The position numbers and the translations under genes were made by a program. Below are positions 55,569-64,000 of a stretch of 64,000 bases of DNA, one piece after another. The first letter of the stretch is position 1. Every line of letters begins with the position of its first letter. The notes beneath the pieces are model-generated. The model did no database searches. It saw only the letters and a list, made by a program, of their open reading frames with translations, and was not told the origin of the DNA. Source of the stretch: Candidatus Aenigmatarchaeota archaeon (GTDB taxonomy: Archaea > Aenigmatarchaeota > Aenigmatarchaeia > CG10238-14 > SpSt-28); the NCBI GenBank assembly GCA_038997305.1, contig JAWAZZ010000002.1, positions 8,217 to 72,216 on the forward strand. The letters are read 5' to 3'.

Positions 55569-56159
55569 ATGAAATATACATTTTACTTACTTTCGACAAT
55601 CTTTGTAGTTTTTTTGTTTCAAATTATCATAGATAATTTTACTTCGATATTTTCTTTAATTCCTAAAAAAGTTTTTGAAGGAGAATTATGGAGAATCGTT
55701 ACATCTATTTTTTTACATGCAGATTTTTTCCATCTGTTTTTCAATTCATTTGCTTTATTGATGTTTGGACCAATTTTGGAAAATACTATAGGCAATAAGA
55801 GATTCTTAATAGTATTTTTTATAAGCGGAATTTTAGGAAATTTTGCATATCTATTAACGAGTTTTGTTGTAAATGATCTAGGTACACCAGCTTTAGGCGC
55901 TAGTGGTGCAATATATGGAGTAATAGGGACTTTAGCTATATTAAAACCTACCACAATAGTTTTTGTCTATTTTATTCCAGTACCTCTCTTATTTTTGGCC
56001 ATATTTTGGATATTTACAGAATCTTTAGGAACAATATTACAATTATTCGGTGCAAAAACATCTATAGCATATCAAGCACATTTGGCTGGTTTACTATTCG
56101 GAATTTTTTATGGATATAGATTAAAAGAAAGTGGAATTAAAATTAGATATTATTACTGA
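55569..56159 (+). CDS. Rhomboid intramembrane serine protease
   Basis: Catalytic GASGAIYG (GxSG) and AHLAGLLFG (His). Six TM segments. ATG at 55569 chosen over the upstream alternative start at 55485, which would overlap the divergent NMD3 gene by 50 nt. Confidence 0.8.
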   Translation: MKYTFYLLSTIFVVFLFQIIIDNFTSIFSLIPKKVFEGELWRIVTSIFLHADFFHLFFNSFALLMFGPILENTIGNKRFLIVFFISGILGNFAYLLTSFVVNDLGTPALGASGAIYGVIGTLAILKPTTIVFVYFIPVPLLFLAIFWIFTESLGTILQLFGAKTSIAYQAHLAGLLFGIFYGYRLKESGIKIRYYY

Positions 56160-58596
56160 AAAATTTGGATAAAGAAGTTTGCTTTGTTCCTTTGATTATG
56201 TCACTTTCAGTAATGTTTAAAACAGAGAGAACTCTTAATGCAGCAGGTAATATTTGATTTGAAATATAATATTCAACATCCACATCTTCTTTTTTTACAA
56301 AAAGAGCATATTCTGCTTTTTCAGATATAGAATTTCCATACTTCGTTATTACAAAAGGTATTATACTTCCTTCAGATATTTTTATTCCTCTTTGCATAGC
56401 TTTTTTAGCTGCAATTACATGAGGACTTATTTGTTTATATTCGCTAATGTTTTTTGTTAATTGCTCGTATATTGTAACATCTTCTAATTTAAAGTCGAAA
56501 TTTCTTAATTTTTGAATTACATTTCTTACATATTCTATTGCCTTTTTTGTATCATTTTCTTTTAATATTATTTCTAGAACATTTCTTTGAACTAACTTAG
56601 CTAATTTACACCAATCTCTTCTAACTGTTTCAAAACCTCTAATTTCTAAAGATCCATCTTCACTTAATAATGCATATCTCTTTTTGGCACCAGCTTCCTT
56701 TTCTCTTTTTTTGACGAAAATTCCTCTAACATAAAATCCTCTAAATTCTAACTCCATTTTACTTTTTAAAGAAGAATTAACTAAGTTCAAAAAGTTTTGA
56801 GCAGCTTTTATAAAATCTTCTTTATTGAGTTTTGAAGTTATCATAAGGGAATCTGTATCTCCATATATTATTTCAAAGTTGAAGCTTTTAGCCAATTCAG
56901 CAACTTTTTTAATATAGCTTCTTTCAAAGGCAGTAACACTTTCCGCGCATTCTCTTTTATACCATCTCGCACCAACATAACCTAAATATCCATATGTTGC
57001 GTTTGCAAGAATTTTAAGAGAGTATTGTAGCGCGTCTAGTAATTTATACTCTTCACTATTTTTATCTATATTTTTCATTAACTTCTTTATTCTCGCTCGT
57101 TCATCGATTAAAAATTCTAAGTGTTTAGGTATAAAACCTTTTCTTAAAGTGCAAAAATGATAATTTAGTTCAGGAACTTTGTTTTCTGATTTACAGATTT
57201 CATGTTCACAATTAAAAGTGTCTATCGAAATATTATGAGCAACGATTATTGTTGGATATAAAGATTTGAAATCTAACACAATTATATTTTCGTGTATACC
57301 TGTTTTTGGCTCAAAAACAAAAGCACCTTTATAAGGAGCCTTTAATCTTCTTATTTTTAATTCTTCGTGTTTAGGTCTGTTGGGTGCTATTTGATTATCC
57401 TTATATGAATTTTTTAAAAGATAAGCTTCTACAAGCTGAGAATATGTGTTTCTGCAAACATCAAATAAACTTAAAGAAGTTATTTTAGATAGTGCAATCA
57501 TCTGTGGTAAAAATATATCTAAAAGTTTTAGAACTAGTTCGCAATCCCAAACATTATATTCTATCGCTTTTTTTATATCTATTCCTTGTTTGAATATTAA
57601 TTGCATTTCTTCAAAGGTTAGCTCTTTCTTTCCATAACCTAAAAACTCTTTTGCAACAGCATCTAAAGTTAAAACTTCTGTTTTTATGTTTGGAGATAGA
57701 ATATGGTCAACAAAAACATATAAATCTAGATAAACTCTTCCAGGAATTTTAAAAGACTTTACCCATCCTCTTTTTACAGTTTTTATTTTAGAATTTTCTT
57801 TTCCTATGTTTAGTTCTAATCCATACTTTTCTGCTTTTTCTTTTAGCAAAGGAAAATCAAAACCATCTGTATTATATCCAACTAAAATATCTGGATCTTT
57901 CTCTTTTATTATTTCTATAAATCTTTTTATTAGCTCTTTCTCAGTTTTAAAAATTTCTACATTTTCAGTTTTTTCTCCAAAATCCAAACTTAAAGTTATT
58001 TTAAATCCATCATTCCCAACTATCGATATTAATGCAATTTTTTCAGCATCTTTTTCTTCAAATATTTCTATATCAAATGCATATATTTTAAGTTTTGGTA
58101 ATTTGTTAATTTCAATATTTTCTATTTTTTCTGCTAAAATTTTCTCGTCTTTTTTTATTCCATAAACTTTCAACCAGCCAGATGGTAATATATTATTGTC
58201 TATCAGAAATCTTCTATAGAACGGAATATCATATTCGAATGTTTCTAAAACTTCATTAAAATTATCTTTTATAAATTTTCTTACTTTTGGAATTTTTCTC
58301 GGATTGTTAATAGTTATTTTTACAATTTTTACTTCTTTACCTAAAAACTCTTTTTTTAATATTTCTATATTTTCTATTTTTGCTTCAGGAATTCTTGTCT
58401 TTTTCAATTTTTCTAAAAACTCTGGAATTAAATCTTCTTTAACCAAAACGTAAAAATATGGTAAAAATCCCTTATAATAAATGACTAAATTATTTCCTTC
58501 CAAATCTTTACAGAACATTCTTATTACTGGTTTAAATTCCTTAGTAAGAACATAGTCAATATCTAATAAAAAAACCTCCTTTTCTACTTTTTCCAT
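56143..58596 (-). CDS. polB: Family-B DNA polymerase (PolB copy 2)
   Basis: Exo I FDIEIF, Exo II YNTDGFDFPLL, Exo III YNVWDCELV. Pol A DFKSLYPTIIVAHNIS, Pol B KILANATYGYLGY, Pol C YGDTDS. Length 817 aa, no Cys-rich tail. Confidence 0.95.
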   Translation of the reverse strand: MEKVEKEVFLLDIDYVLTKEFKPVIRMFCKDLEGNNLVIYYKGFLPYFYVLVKEDLIPEFLEKLKKTRIPEAKIENIEILKKEFLGKEVKIVKITINNPRKIPKVRKFIKDNFNEVLETFEYDIPFYRRFLIDNNILPSGWLKVYGIKKDEKILAEKIENIEINKLPKLKIYAFDIEIFEEKDAEKIALISIVGNDGFKITLSLDFGEKTENVEIFKTEKELIKRFIEIIKEKDPDILVGYNTDGFDFPLLKEKAEKYGLELNIGKENSKIKTVKRGWVKSFKIPGRVYLDLYVFVDHILSPNIKTEVLTLDAVAKEFLGYGKKELTFEEMQLIFKQGIDIKKAIEYNVWDCELVLKLLDIFLPQMIALSKITSLSLFDVCRNTYSQLVEAYLLKNSYKDNQIAPNRPKHEELKIRRLKAPYKGAFVFEPKTGIHENIIVLDFKSLYPTIIVAHNISIDTFNCEHEICKSENKVPELNYHFCTLRKGFIPKHLEFLIDERARIKKLMKNIDKNSEEYKLLDALQYSLKILANATYGYLGYVGARWYKRECAESVTAFERSYIKKVAELAKSFNFEIIYGDTDSLMITSKLNKEDFIKAAQNFLNLVNSSLKSKMELEFRGFYVRGIFVKKREKEAGAKKRYALLSEDGSLEIRGFETVRRDWCKLAKLVQRNVLEIILKENDTKKAIEYVRNVIQKLRNFDFKLEDVTIYEQLTKNISEYKQISPHVIAAKKAMQRGIKISEGSIIPFVITKYGNSISEKAEYALFVKKEDVDVEYYISNQILPAALRVLSVLNITESDIIKGTKQTSLSKFFSNNI

Positions 58597-58613
58597 AATT
58601 ATTTAATGTTTTT

Positions 58614-59294
58614 ATGGAAATAGCAATTTTCTTTACTGGAGGAAAAGATTCTACTTATACTGTATATAAAGCTAAAGAAGAAGGTTTTATAATAAAAAGA
58701 TTGATAACAATTAGACCAAAAAGAGAAGATTCCTATATGTTTCATACTCCTTCATTAGAATTCGCTAAAATTCAAGCAGAATTAATGAATATAGAGCATG
58801 TATATATAGATGTTAGCGGAGAAAAAGAAATAGAGGTATTAGAAACTATAGATAAGATTAAAGATTTTGTAAAAGATGTTAAATTTTTAGGAATAGGAGG
58901 AATTAGAAGTAAATATCAATTAGAGAGGTTTAAAAAAGTTGCAGAACATTTTAACTTAAAGCTTTATACACCTCTTTTAAATATAGACTGCATTCAGCAC
59001 TGGAAAAATCTTTTATCTAAGAAATTCAAGATAATAATAACTAGTGTTAATGCGTATGGATTGAGTGAGAATTTTCTAGCAAAAATAATAGATGAAAATA
59101 TGTTAAGTGAATTGATAGAAAGATCAAAAACTTATGGTTTTGATTTATGTTTCGAGGGAGGAGAAGCAGAAACATTAGTTTTGGATTGTCCTTTATTTTC
59201 TAAGGAAATAGTTATTGAGGATTATGAAATAATAAAAGAAAATCTTTCTGCAAAAATTTTAATAAAGAAATATAAACTTAAAGAAAAAATTTAA
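58614..59294 (+). CDS. dph6: PP-loop ATP pyrophosphatase of the MJ0570/Dph6 family (diphthine-ammonia ligase, probable)
   Basis: PP-loop IAIFFTGGKDS and conserved EGGEAETLVLDCP region. Confidence 0.55.
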   Translation: MEIAIFFTGGKDSTYTVYKAKEEGFIIKRLITIRPKREDSYMFHTPSLEFAKIQAELMNIEHVYIDVSGEKEIEVLETIDKIKDFVKDVKFLGIGGIRSKYQLERFKKVAEHFNLKLYTPLLNIDCIQHWKNLLSKKFKIIITSVNAYGLSENFLAKIIDENMLSELIERSKTYGFDLCFEGGEAETLVLDCPLFSKEIVIEDYEIIKENLSAKILIKKYKLKEKI

Positions 59295-59605
59295 ACCAAC
59301 TTTATATTTACTTGAATTTCTTTTCCAAAATCTATTCTCATTATTTGTTTTAATGCCCTTTCATCAGGTTGCAAATATATTAATCTTTTGTGAATTCTCA
59401 TTTCCCAAACTTCCCATGTTGCGTTTCCATGTCCTGTACCATCTTTAATGTTGGCCATTGTATAAACTTTTAATTTCTTTGTTGGCAACGGAATAGGCCC
59501 TTTATACATTATTCCATATTTCTTTGCAATGCTAATTATTTCATCGCAAACTCTTTTTAATTCGTTCAAATCTCTGCTTGCAAGTTTTATTATTATCTTA
59601 TCCAT
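59291..59605 (-). CDS. rps10: 30S ribosomal protein S10 (uS10)
   Basis: KGPIPLPTKK...HKRLIYL match uS10 hallmarks (GPIPLPT, HKRLI). Confidence 0.85.
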   Translation of the reverse strand: MDKIIIKLASRDLNELKRVCDEIISIAKKYGIMYKGPIPLPTKKLKVYTMANIKDGTGHGNATWEVWEMRIHKRLIYLQPDERALKQIMRIDFGKEIQVNIKLV

Positions 59606-59751
59606 AAAATATTTCTAAAATATATTTCAAAAATAAATTAAAATATTTTTTCTTTGAATAAATATATAAAAAAGTAGAGAAATCTATATATATGGGTAAC
59701 GCTAAATAAATAAATGTTTATACCAATGTAGACTCACCAATTGGTAATAAC

Positions 59752-60861
59752 ATGGAGATAGCAAAATTAAAATGTAAAGTTTGTGGAAGTGAAAATATAA
59801 TTCAAGATCCAGATACTGGTGAATATGTTTGTAATAATTGTGGTGCTGTCGTTGAAGAAAATGTTATTGATTTAAGTCAAGAATGGAGAGCATTTAGTAG
59901 CGAACAATTGGAAAGAAGAGCAAGAACAGGAAGTCCGTTATCTGTTGTTAAACATGATAAGGGTTTATCAACTCAAATTGGTAAAGGTTCTGCAGAATTA
60001 TACAAAGTTCCAACAGAAAAAAGATTTCAATATTATAGATTAACTCAGTTGAGTAAAAGATTAAGTAGCTCTAAAGATAGGAATTTGAGCTATGCAATAT
60101 CAGAATTACAAAGAATAGTTTCTTCATTACAATTACCTAAAAATGTTTTAGAAAGAGCAGCATTGTATCACGAACAATTAATAAGTAGAGGGGCTATAAG
60201 AGGAAGAAGTATAGAAAGCATTGTTGCAGCGTTGGTTTATTATGCGGCAAAAGAATTGCACACTCCAAGAACTTTTGATGAAATTGCCGAAGTTGTTGGG
60301 ATAGATAAAAGAGAGTTAGGAAGAGCCTATAGATTTGTTGCAAGAGAACTTGGATTAAGAATTTTGCCTGCAGACGCTAGCGATTACATTCCAAGATTTT
60401 GTAGTTTAATTGGAGTAAGTGAAAAGGTCCAAAAAAGAGCTTTTGAAATTCTAGAACAAGCAAGAAAAGCTGGAATTGTTAGTGGTAAAGGACCTACTGG
60501 AGTAGCCGCGGCTGTAATATTTATAGCAAGCTTATTAGAAGGGGAAAGAAAATCCCAAAGAGAAATAGCCGAAAAGTGCAAATTAACAGAAGTGACAATA
60601 AGAAACAGATACAAGGAAATTATTGAAAGACTTGGTTTAGAAAATATAATAAAAGAGAAAGAAAAAGAATTGGAAGAAATGGAAAAGGCTAAAGCTGAAG
60701 AAATTAAGAAAGAAGAAAAGTCAGTAATTCCTTTATTAGCAAAGAAGGAAGAAGAAGAAAAAAAGGAGGGGGAAAAGAAAAAGAAAGCGAAAAAAGAATC
60801 GAAAAAGCAACAAAAAAAGAGTAAAACTAAAAAATCTAAATCGACTAAAAAGAAAAAGTAA
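59752..60861 (+). CDS. tfb: Transcription initiation factor TFB (TFIIB) with a lysine-rich C-terminal extension
   Basis: N-terminal Zn ribbon CKVCGS...CNNCG, B-reader/linker and two cyclin repeats. About 70 extra C-terminal residues are K/E-rich (...KKEEEEKKEGEKKKKAKKESKKQQKKSKTKKSKSTKKKK). Confidence 0.9.
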   Translation: MEIAKLKCKVCGSENIIQDPDTGEYVCNNCGAVVEENVIDLSQEWRAFSSEQLERRARTGSPLSVVKHDKGLSTQIGKGSAELYKVPTEKRFQYYRLTQLSKRLSSSKDRNLSYAISELQRIVSSLQLPKNVLERAALYHEQLISRGAIRGRSIESIVAALVYYAAKELHTPRTFDEIAEVVGIDKRELGRAYRFVARELGLRILPADASDYIPRFCSLIGVSEKVQKRAFEILEQARKAGIVSGKGPTGVAAAVIFIASLLEGERKSQREIAEKCKLTEVTIRNRYKEIIERLGLENIIKEKEKELEEMEKAKAEEIKKEEKSVIPLLAKKEEEEKKEGEKKKKAKKESKKQQKKSKTKKSKSTKKKK

Positions 60862-60867
60862 AATTTA

Positions 60868-61410
60868 ATGACTTTTAGATGTCCATATTGTAATGAAGAG
60901 TTAAAAACCGTTTTTGAAGAGAGAAAAATAAAATATTTTGGAAGAGTTTTATTCTATACAATATATTGCGAAAAATGTGGCTTTAAATTTTCTGACGAAT
61001 TTACTTTAGATGTTAAAGAACCAAAAGCATATTATCTCAAAGTTGAAAACGAAGAAGATTTGTTTGCAAAAATAGTTAGAGGAAGTAATGGATATGTAGA
61101 GATTAAGGAATTGGGAATAAAACTAATTCCTGGGGCGTTTTCAAAATCTTTTATAAAGAATGTTGAAGGGTTTCTAAACGATGTTGAAGATTTAATAAAA
61201 TCTCAAATAAAAAACCTTAGCGGTAAAAGATTAGAAAAAGCAAAAAAGATATTAGAAGAAATAGAAAAAATGAAAAAACTAGAAAGAAAATTTACCATAA
61301 TAGTTAAGGATGCTACAGGCATTTCAAAGATTATCTCTAAAAAAGCAAAAGTAAGAAGATTAAGTGAAAAAGAAATAAAAAAGTTAAAGACATCGATAAC
61401 ATATTTATGA
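60868..61410 (+). CDS. ZPR1-type zinc-finger protein (archaeal single-module form)
   Basis: CPYC...C.KCG zinc ribbon followed by a beta-rich A-domain-like region. Length 180 aa. Confidence 0.5.
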   Translation: MTFRCPYCNEELKTVFEERKIKYFGRVLFYTIYCEKCGFKFSDEFTLDVKEPKAYYLKVENEEDLFAKIVRGSNGYVEIKELGIKLIPGAFSKSFIKNVEGFLNDVEDLIKSQIKNLSGKRLEKAKKILEEIEKMKKLERKFTIIVKDATGISKIISKKAKVRRLSEKEIKKLKTSITYL

Positions 61411-63062
61411 AATATCTAGTAACAGCAGCATTACCATATACTAATAACCTACCTCATTTAGGAAATATTGCAGGTTCTCATTTACCTGCAGATATTTATC
61501 AAAAACTTTTAAGATTATTAGGTTATGATGTTGTTTTTATAGGCGGCACTGATGAACATGGTAGTCCAATAGAAATTGCTGCATTAAAAGAAAAAGTTTC
61601 TCCAAAAGAATTGTGCGATAAATATTATGTTTTACATAAAAAAATTTACGATTGGTTAAGGATAGATTACGACAATTTTGGAAGGACTTCCAGTCAAATA
61701 AACCACGAAATGACTCAATACATTTTTAATAAACTATATCAAAATGGATACATTTTTGAAAATACTATAGTATTACCATATTGTGAATTTGATAAAAAAT
61801 TTTTACCAGATAGATATGTTATTGGCATATGTCCCTATTGCAAATATGAAAAAGCTAGAGGCGACCAATGTGAAAATTGCGGCAAACTATTAGATCCGAA
61901 AGATTTAATAAATCCGAAATGTGCTATATGTGGAAATTCTCCTACATTCAAAGAATCAAAGCACTTATTTTTTGATTTGCCAAAATTCGAGAAAAAATTA
62001 CTAAAGTGGATCCAGAAAAACAAGCATTGGAAAGAGAACGTAAAAAATTTTGCTTTGAGTTGGTTAAAAGAAGGATTAAAACCAAGAAGCATTTCAAGAG
62101 ATTTATCTTGGGGTATAAAAATTCCTTTACAAGGTTATGAAGATAAAGTGTTTTATGTTTGGTTTGACGCACCAATAGGATATATTTCTTCAACTATAGA
62201 ATATTTTGAAAAAATTGGGAAAAAGGACGAATGGAAAAATTATTGGTTAAAAGGTTCTAAAGCTAGAATAATCCATTTTTTAGGTAAGGATAATATACCT
62301 TTTCATACTATTTTTTGGCCAGCTATGTTGATGGGAACAAAGGAATTTAACTTACCATTTTATGTTTTTGGGTTAGAATATTTAAATTTTGAAGGAAGGA
62401 AAATTTCTAAAAGTCAAAATTGGGGAGTATTTTTAGAGATAGAAGACGAAAAAATTAAACTAAGAATTTTAGCTGAAAACCAAGATAAAAGGTTCGAAGT
62501 CGAACCAGATTACATAAGATTCTATTTATCTTCAATTTTACCAGAGAATAGAGATTCTAGTTTTTCTGTTAAGGAGTTTGTAGAAAAAATAAATAAAGAG
62601 CTTATAGGTAATTTTGGCAATTTCGTCTATAGAGTTTTAAGTTTTATAGAAAAGTATTATAATCTAGAAGTTCCAAAAGCAAAAGCAAGCAAAGAAATCT
62701 TAAAAGTTTTTAGAGAGTCTAAAAAAGAAATAAAGAATCTGATAAAGAATTTTGAAATCAAAAAGGTTTTAACAAAAATATTGGAATTATCTTCTCTTTC
62801 TAACAAATACTTTCAAGAAAATGAGCCATGGAAAAATGAAGAAAAGAGAGACGAGATTATTTTAACCTCTATTAACTTAGTTAAAGATTTATCTATACTC
62901 TTTTGGCCCTATATAACAAATTCATCTGAAAAAATTTTCAAGATGATAAATTACGAATTCAATCCTAAAGGAGCTATAAAAAAGATCGGAAAAATAGAAT
63001 TAAAAGCAACAAAAATTAACAAGCCAGAAATTCTTTTTAGACCAATAGAAATAAATATTTAA
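61407..63062 (+). CDS. metG: Methionyl-tRNA synthetase
   Basis: Class I HIGH-type motif PYTNNLPHLGN, zinc knuckles CPYC...CENCG...CAICG and KMSKS-type KISKS. Length 551 aa. Confidence 0.9.
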   Translation: MKYLVTAALPYTNNLPHLGNIAGSHLPADIYQKLLRLLGYDVVFIGGTDEHGSPIEIAALKEKVSPKELCDKYYVLHKKIYDWLRIDYDNFGRTSSQINHEMTQYIFNKLYQNGYIFENTIVLPYCEFDKKFLPDRYVIGICPYCKYEKARGDQCENCGKLLDPKDLINPKCAICGNSPTFKESKHLFFDLPKFEKKLLKWIQKNKHWKENVKNFALSWLKEGLKPRSISRDLSWGIKIPLQGYEDKVFYVWFDAPIGYISSTIEYFEKIGKKDEWKNYWLKGSKARIIHFLGKDNIPFHTIFWPAMLMGTKEFNLPFYVFGLEYLNFEGRKISKSQNWGVFLEIEDEKIKLRILAENQDKRFEVEPDYIRFYLSSILPENRDSSFSVKEFVEKINKELIGNFGNFVYRVLSFIEKYYNLEVPKAKASKEILKVFRESKKEIKNLIKNFEIKKVLTKILELSSLSNKYFQENEPWKNEEKRDEIILTSINLVKDLSILFWPYITNSSEKIFKMINYEFNPKGAIKKIGKIELKATKINKPEILFRPIEINI

Positions 63063-63775
63063 TCTTTTTTGTATTTAGGAATATTTCTTAAAGCATCAAA
63101 CATTGCTTGAATTAAATTCATATGTTGCTTAGTTCTTCCGAATGTTTTGCTCCAAACATCTCTAATTCCTGCTAATCTAAATAGTTTTTTGCTTTCATCA
63201 TCAACTACCAATCCAGTACCTCTTGGAGCAGGCATTAATTCTACTTTTACACTCCCACTTTTTCCATAAGTTTTCCAAGGAATAGAGTGTTCCCCATTAC
63301 ATGCACATTCCCAGCTTCCACAACCTCTATAAACTTTTATAATATTTAATTTTGCCTTTCTTAATGCTTTTATGTATGCACTTCTTCCATCTTTTCCCTT
63401 TCCTCTTCCAATACCCACATGACCATTCTCATCTCCTACGATTACCATTACACTATATCTAACTCTTCTTCCGCTGGCAGTAACTTTTTGACTTCTTTTT
63501 ATTGGTATTCTTTTTCCTGCGCCACCTTTTGTACCACCTTTACCTATTAACACAAATTCTACTTTTAAGTTCGGCAGTAAATAATCAACAATCTCTGGTT
63601 CTAGAATTTTCATATTTTTTTCCAGTATTTCATCTATGGATTTTATTTTTCCTTCCAAAACCATTTTTCCTAGTTTTGTTTTTGGCTTCCAATTAGCTAA
63701 ACTTTCTGGTAAAGGAAGCTTAATTTCCTCTTGCTGTTCTTGAACTTCTTCTTTTTGTTCAATGACCTCAACCAT
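63059..63775 (-). CDS. rps5: 30S ribosomal protein S5 (uS5)
   Basis: dsRBD-like N-domain plus [17 protein letters not shown]...[28 protein letters not shown], typical of uS5. Confidence 0.9.
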   Translation of the reverse strand: MVEVIEQKEEVQEQQEEIKLPLPESLANWKPKTKLGKMVLEGKIKSIDEILEKNMKILEPEIVDYLLPNLKVEFVLIGKGGTKGGAGKRIPIKRSQKVTASGRRVRYSVMVIVGDENGHVGIGRGKGKDGRSAYIKALRKAKLNIIKVYRGCGSWECACNGEHSIPWKTYGKSGSVKVELMPAPRGTGLVVDDESKKLFRLAGIRDVWSKTFGRTKQHMNLIQAMFDALRNIPKYKKD

Positions 63776-64000
63776 AATCTTTTAAAATTTGTTCTTTAAC
63801 TTTATAAAAATCTTGCACTATATTCTTAAACTTCTCTAAATAACTCGCTATATGTCTTCCTTCTATTCTGTCTTGAGAAGGCAATATTTCTTCGCTATGA
63901 GGAATTTTTAAGCCAGCATCCAACGCACCTTTTAATACAGCATATATTCTATTACCTTTGGTACTTCTATTTAATCCAATATCTAATATCGCTTCTTTTA
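63768..64000 (-). CDS. rpl18: 50S ribosomal protein L18 (uL18), C-terminal part; gene continues beyond the window end
   Basis: Hand translation ...[39 protein letters not shown]... matches uL18 (GL.R...G.R..A.LKGA.DGGL.IPHS). Its TGA overlaps the S5 ATG (ATGGTTGA). Confidence 0.6.
   Translation of the reverse strand, partial: KEAILDIGLNRSTKGNRIYAVLKGALDAGLKIPHSEEILPSQDRIEGRHIASYLEKFKNIVQDFYKVKEQILKDYG

Noticed and set aside
1-64000. CRISPR arrays or cas operons
   Set aside because: No regularly spaced identical repeats with unique spacers were seen. The only periodic array (26059-26194) has degenerate 21-bp units with no spacers. The lone Cas4-like gene is not accompanied by cas1/cas2.

Overview
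AT-rich (roughly 30% GC), very gene-dense archaeal chromosome segment. Its hallmarks are tRNAs with introns and a genomically encoded G3:U70 Ala identity pair, a histone, PCNA, TFB/TFS, RadA, aIF-1A, an AglB oligosaccharyltransferase, a standalone 5S rRNA, and fragmented ribosomal-protein operons, which fits a reduced-genome archaeon such as a DPANN-like lineage. Most of the window is informational housekeeping: two complete family-B DNA polymerases, PriS, PCNA, RPA, RadA, NurA-HerA, SRP54/FtsY, EF-1alpha, MetRS, about 18 ribosomal proteins, five tRNAs, 5S rRNA, tRNA-modification enzymes and a type-IV pilus locus. The most unusual signals are: (i) a PolB with a C-terminal Cys4 zinc ribbon immediately preceded by a gene that looks like a degenerate PolD-DP1/eukaryotic B-subunit protein; (ii) a 452-bp non-coding gap holding about seven 21-bp direct iterons, flanked by two small wHTH genes next to that PolB cluster; (iii) a tandem pair of nucleotidyltransferase-HEPN-like fusion paralogs; (iv) a standalone Cas4-like Fe-S nuclease appended to the L7Ae-S28e-L24e operon with no CRISPR array; (v) a 580-bp gap containing a 139-codon open frame with no canonical start codon plus a GC hairpin/T6 element; and (vi) a frameshifted EamA-like pseudogene next to tRNA-Ala. 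All product calls rest on motif recognition by eye, because no database search was possible.
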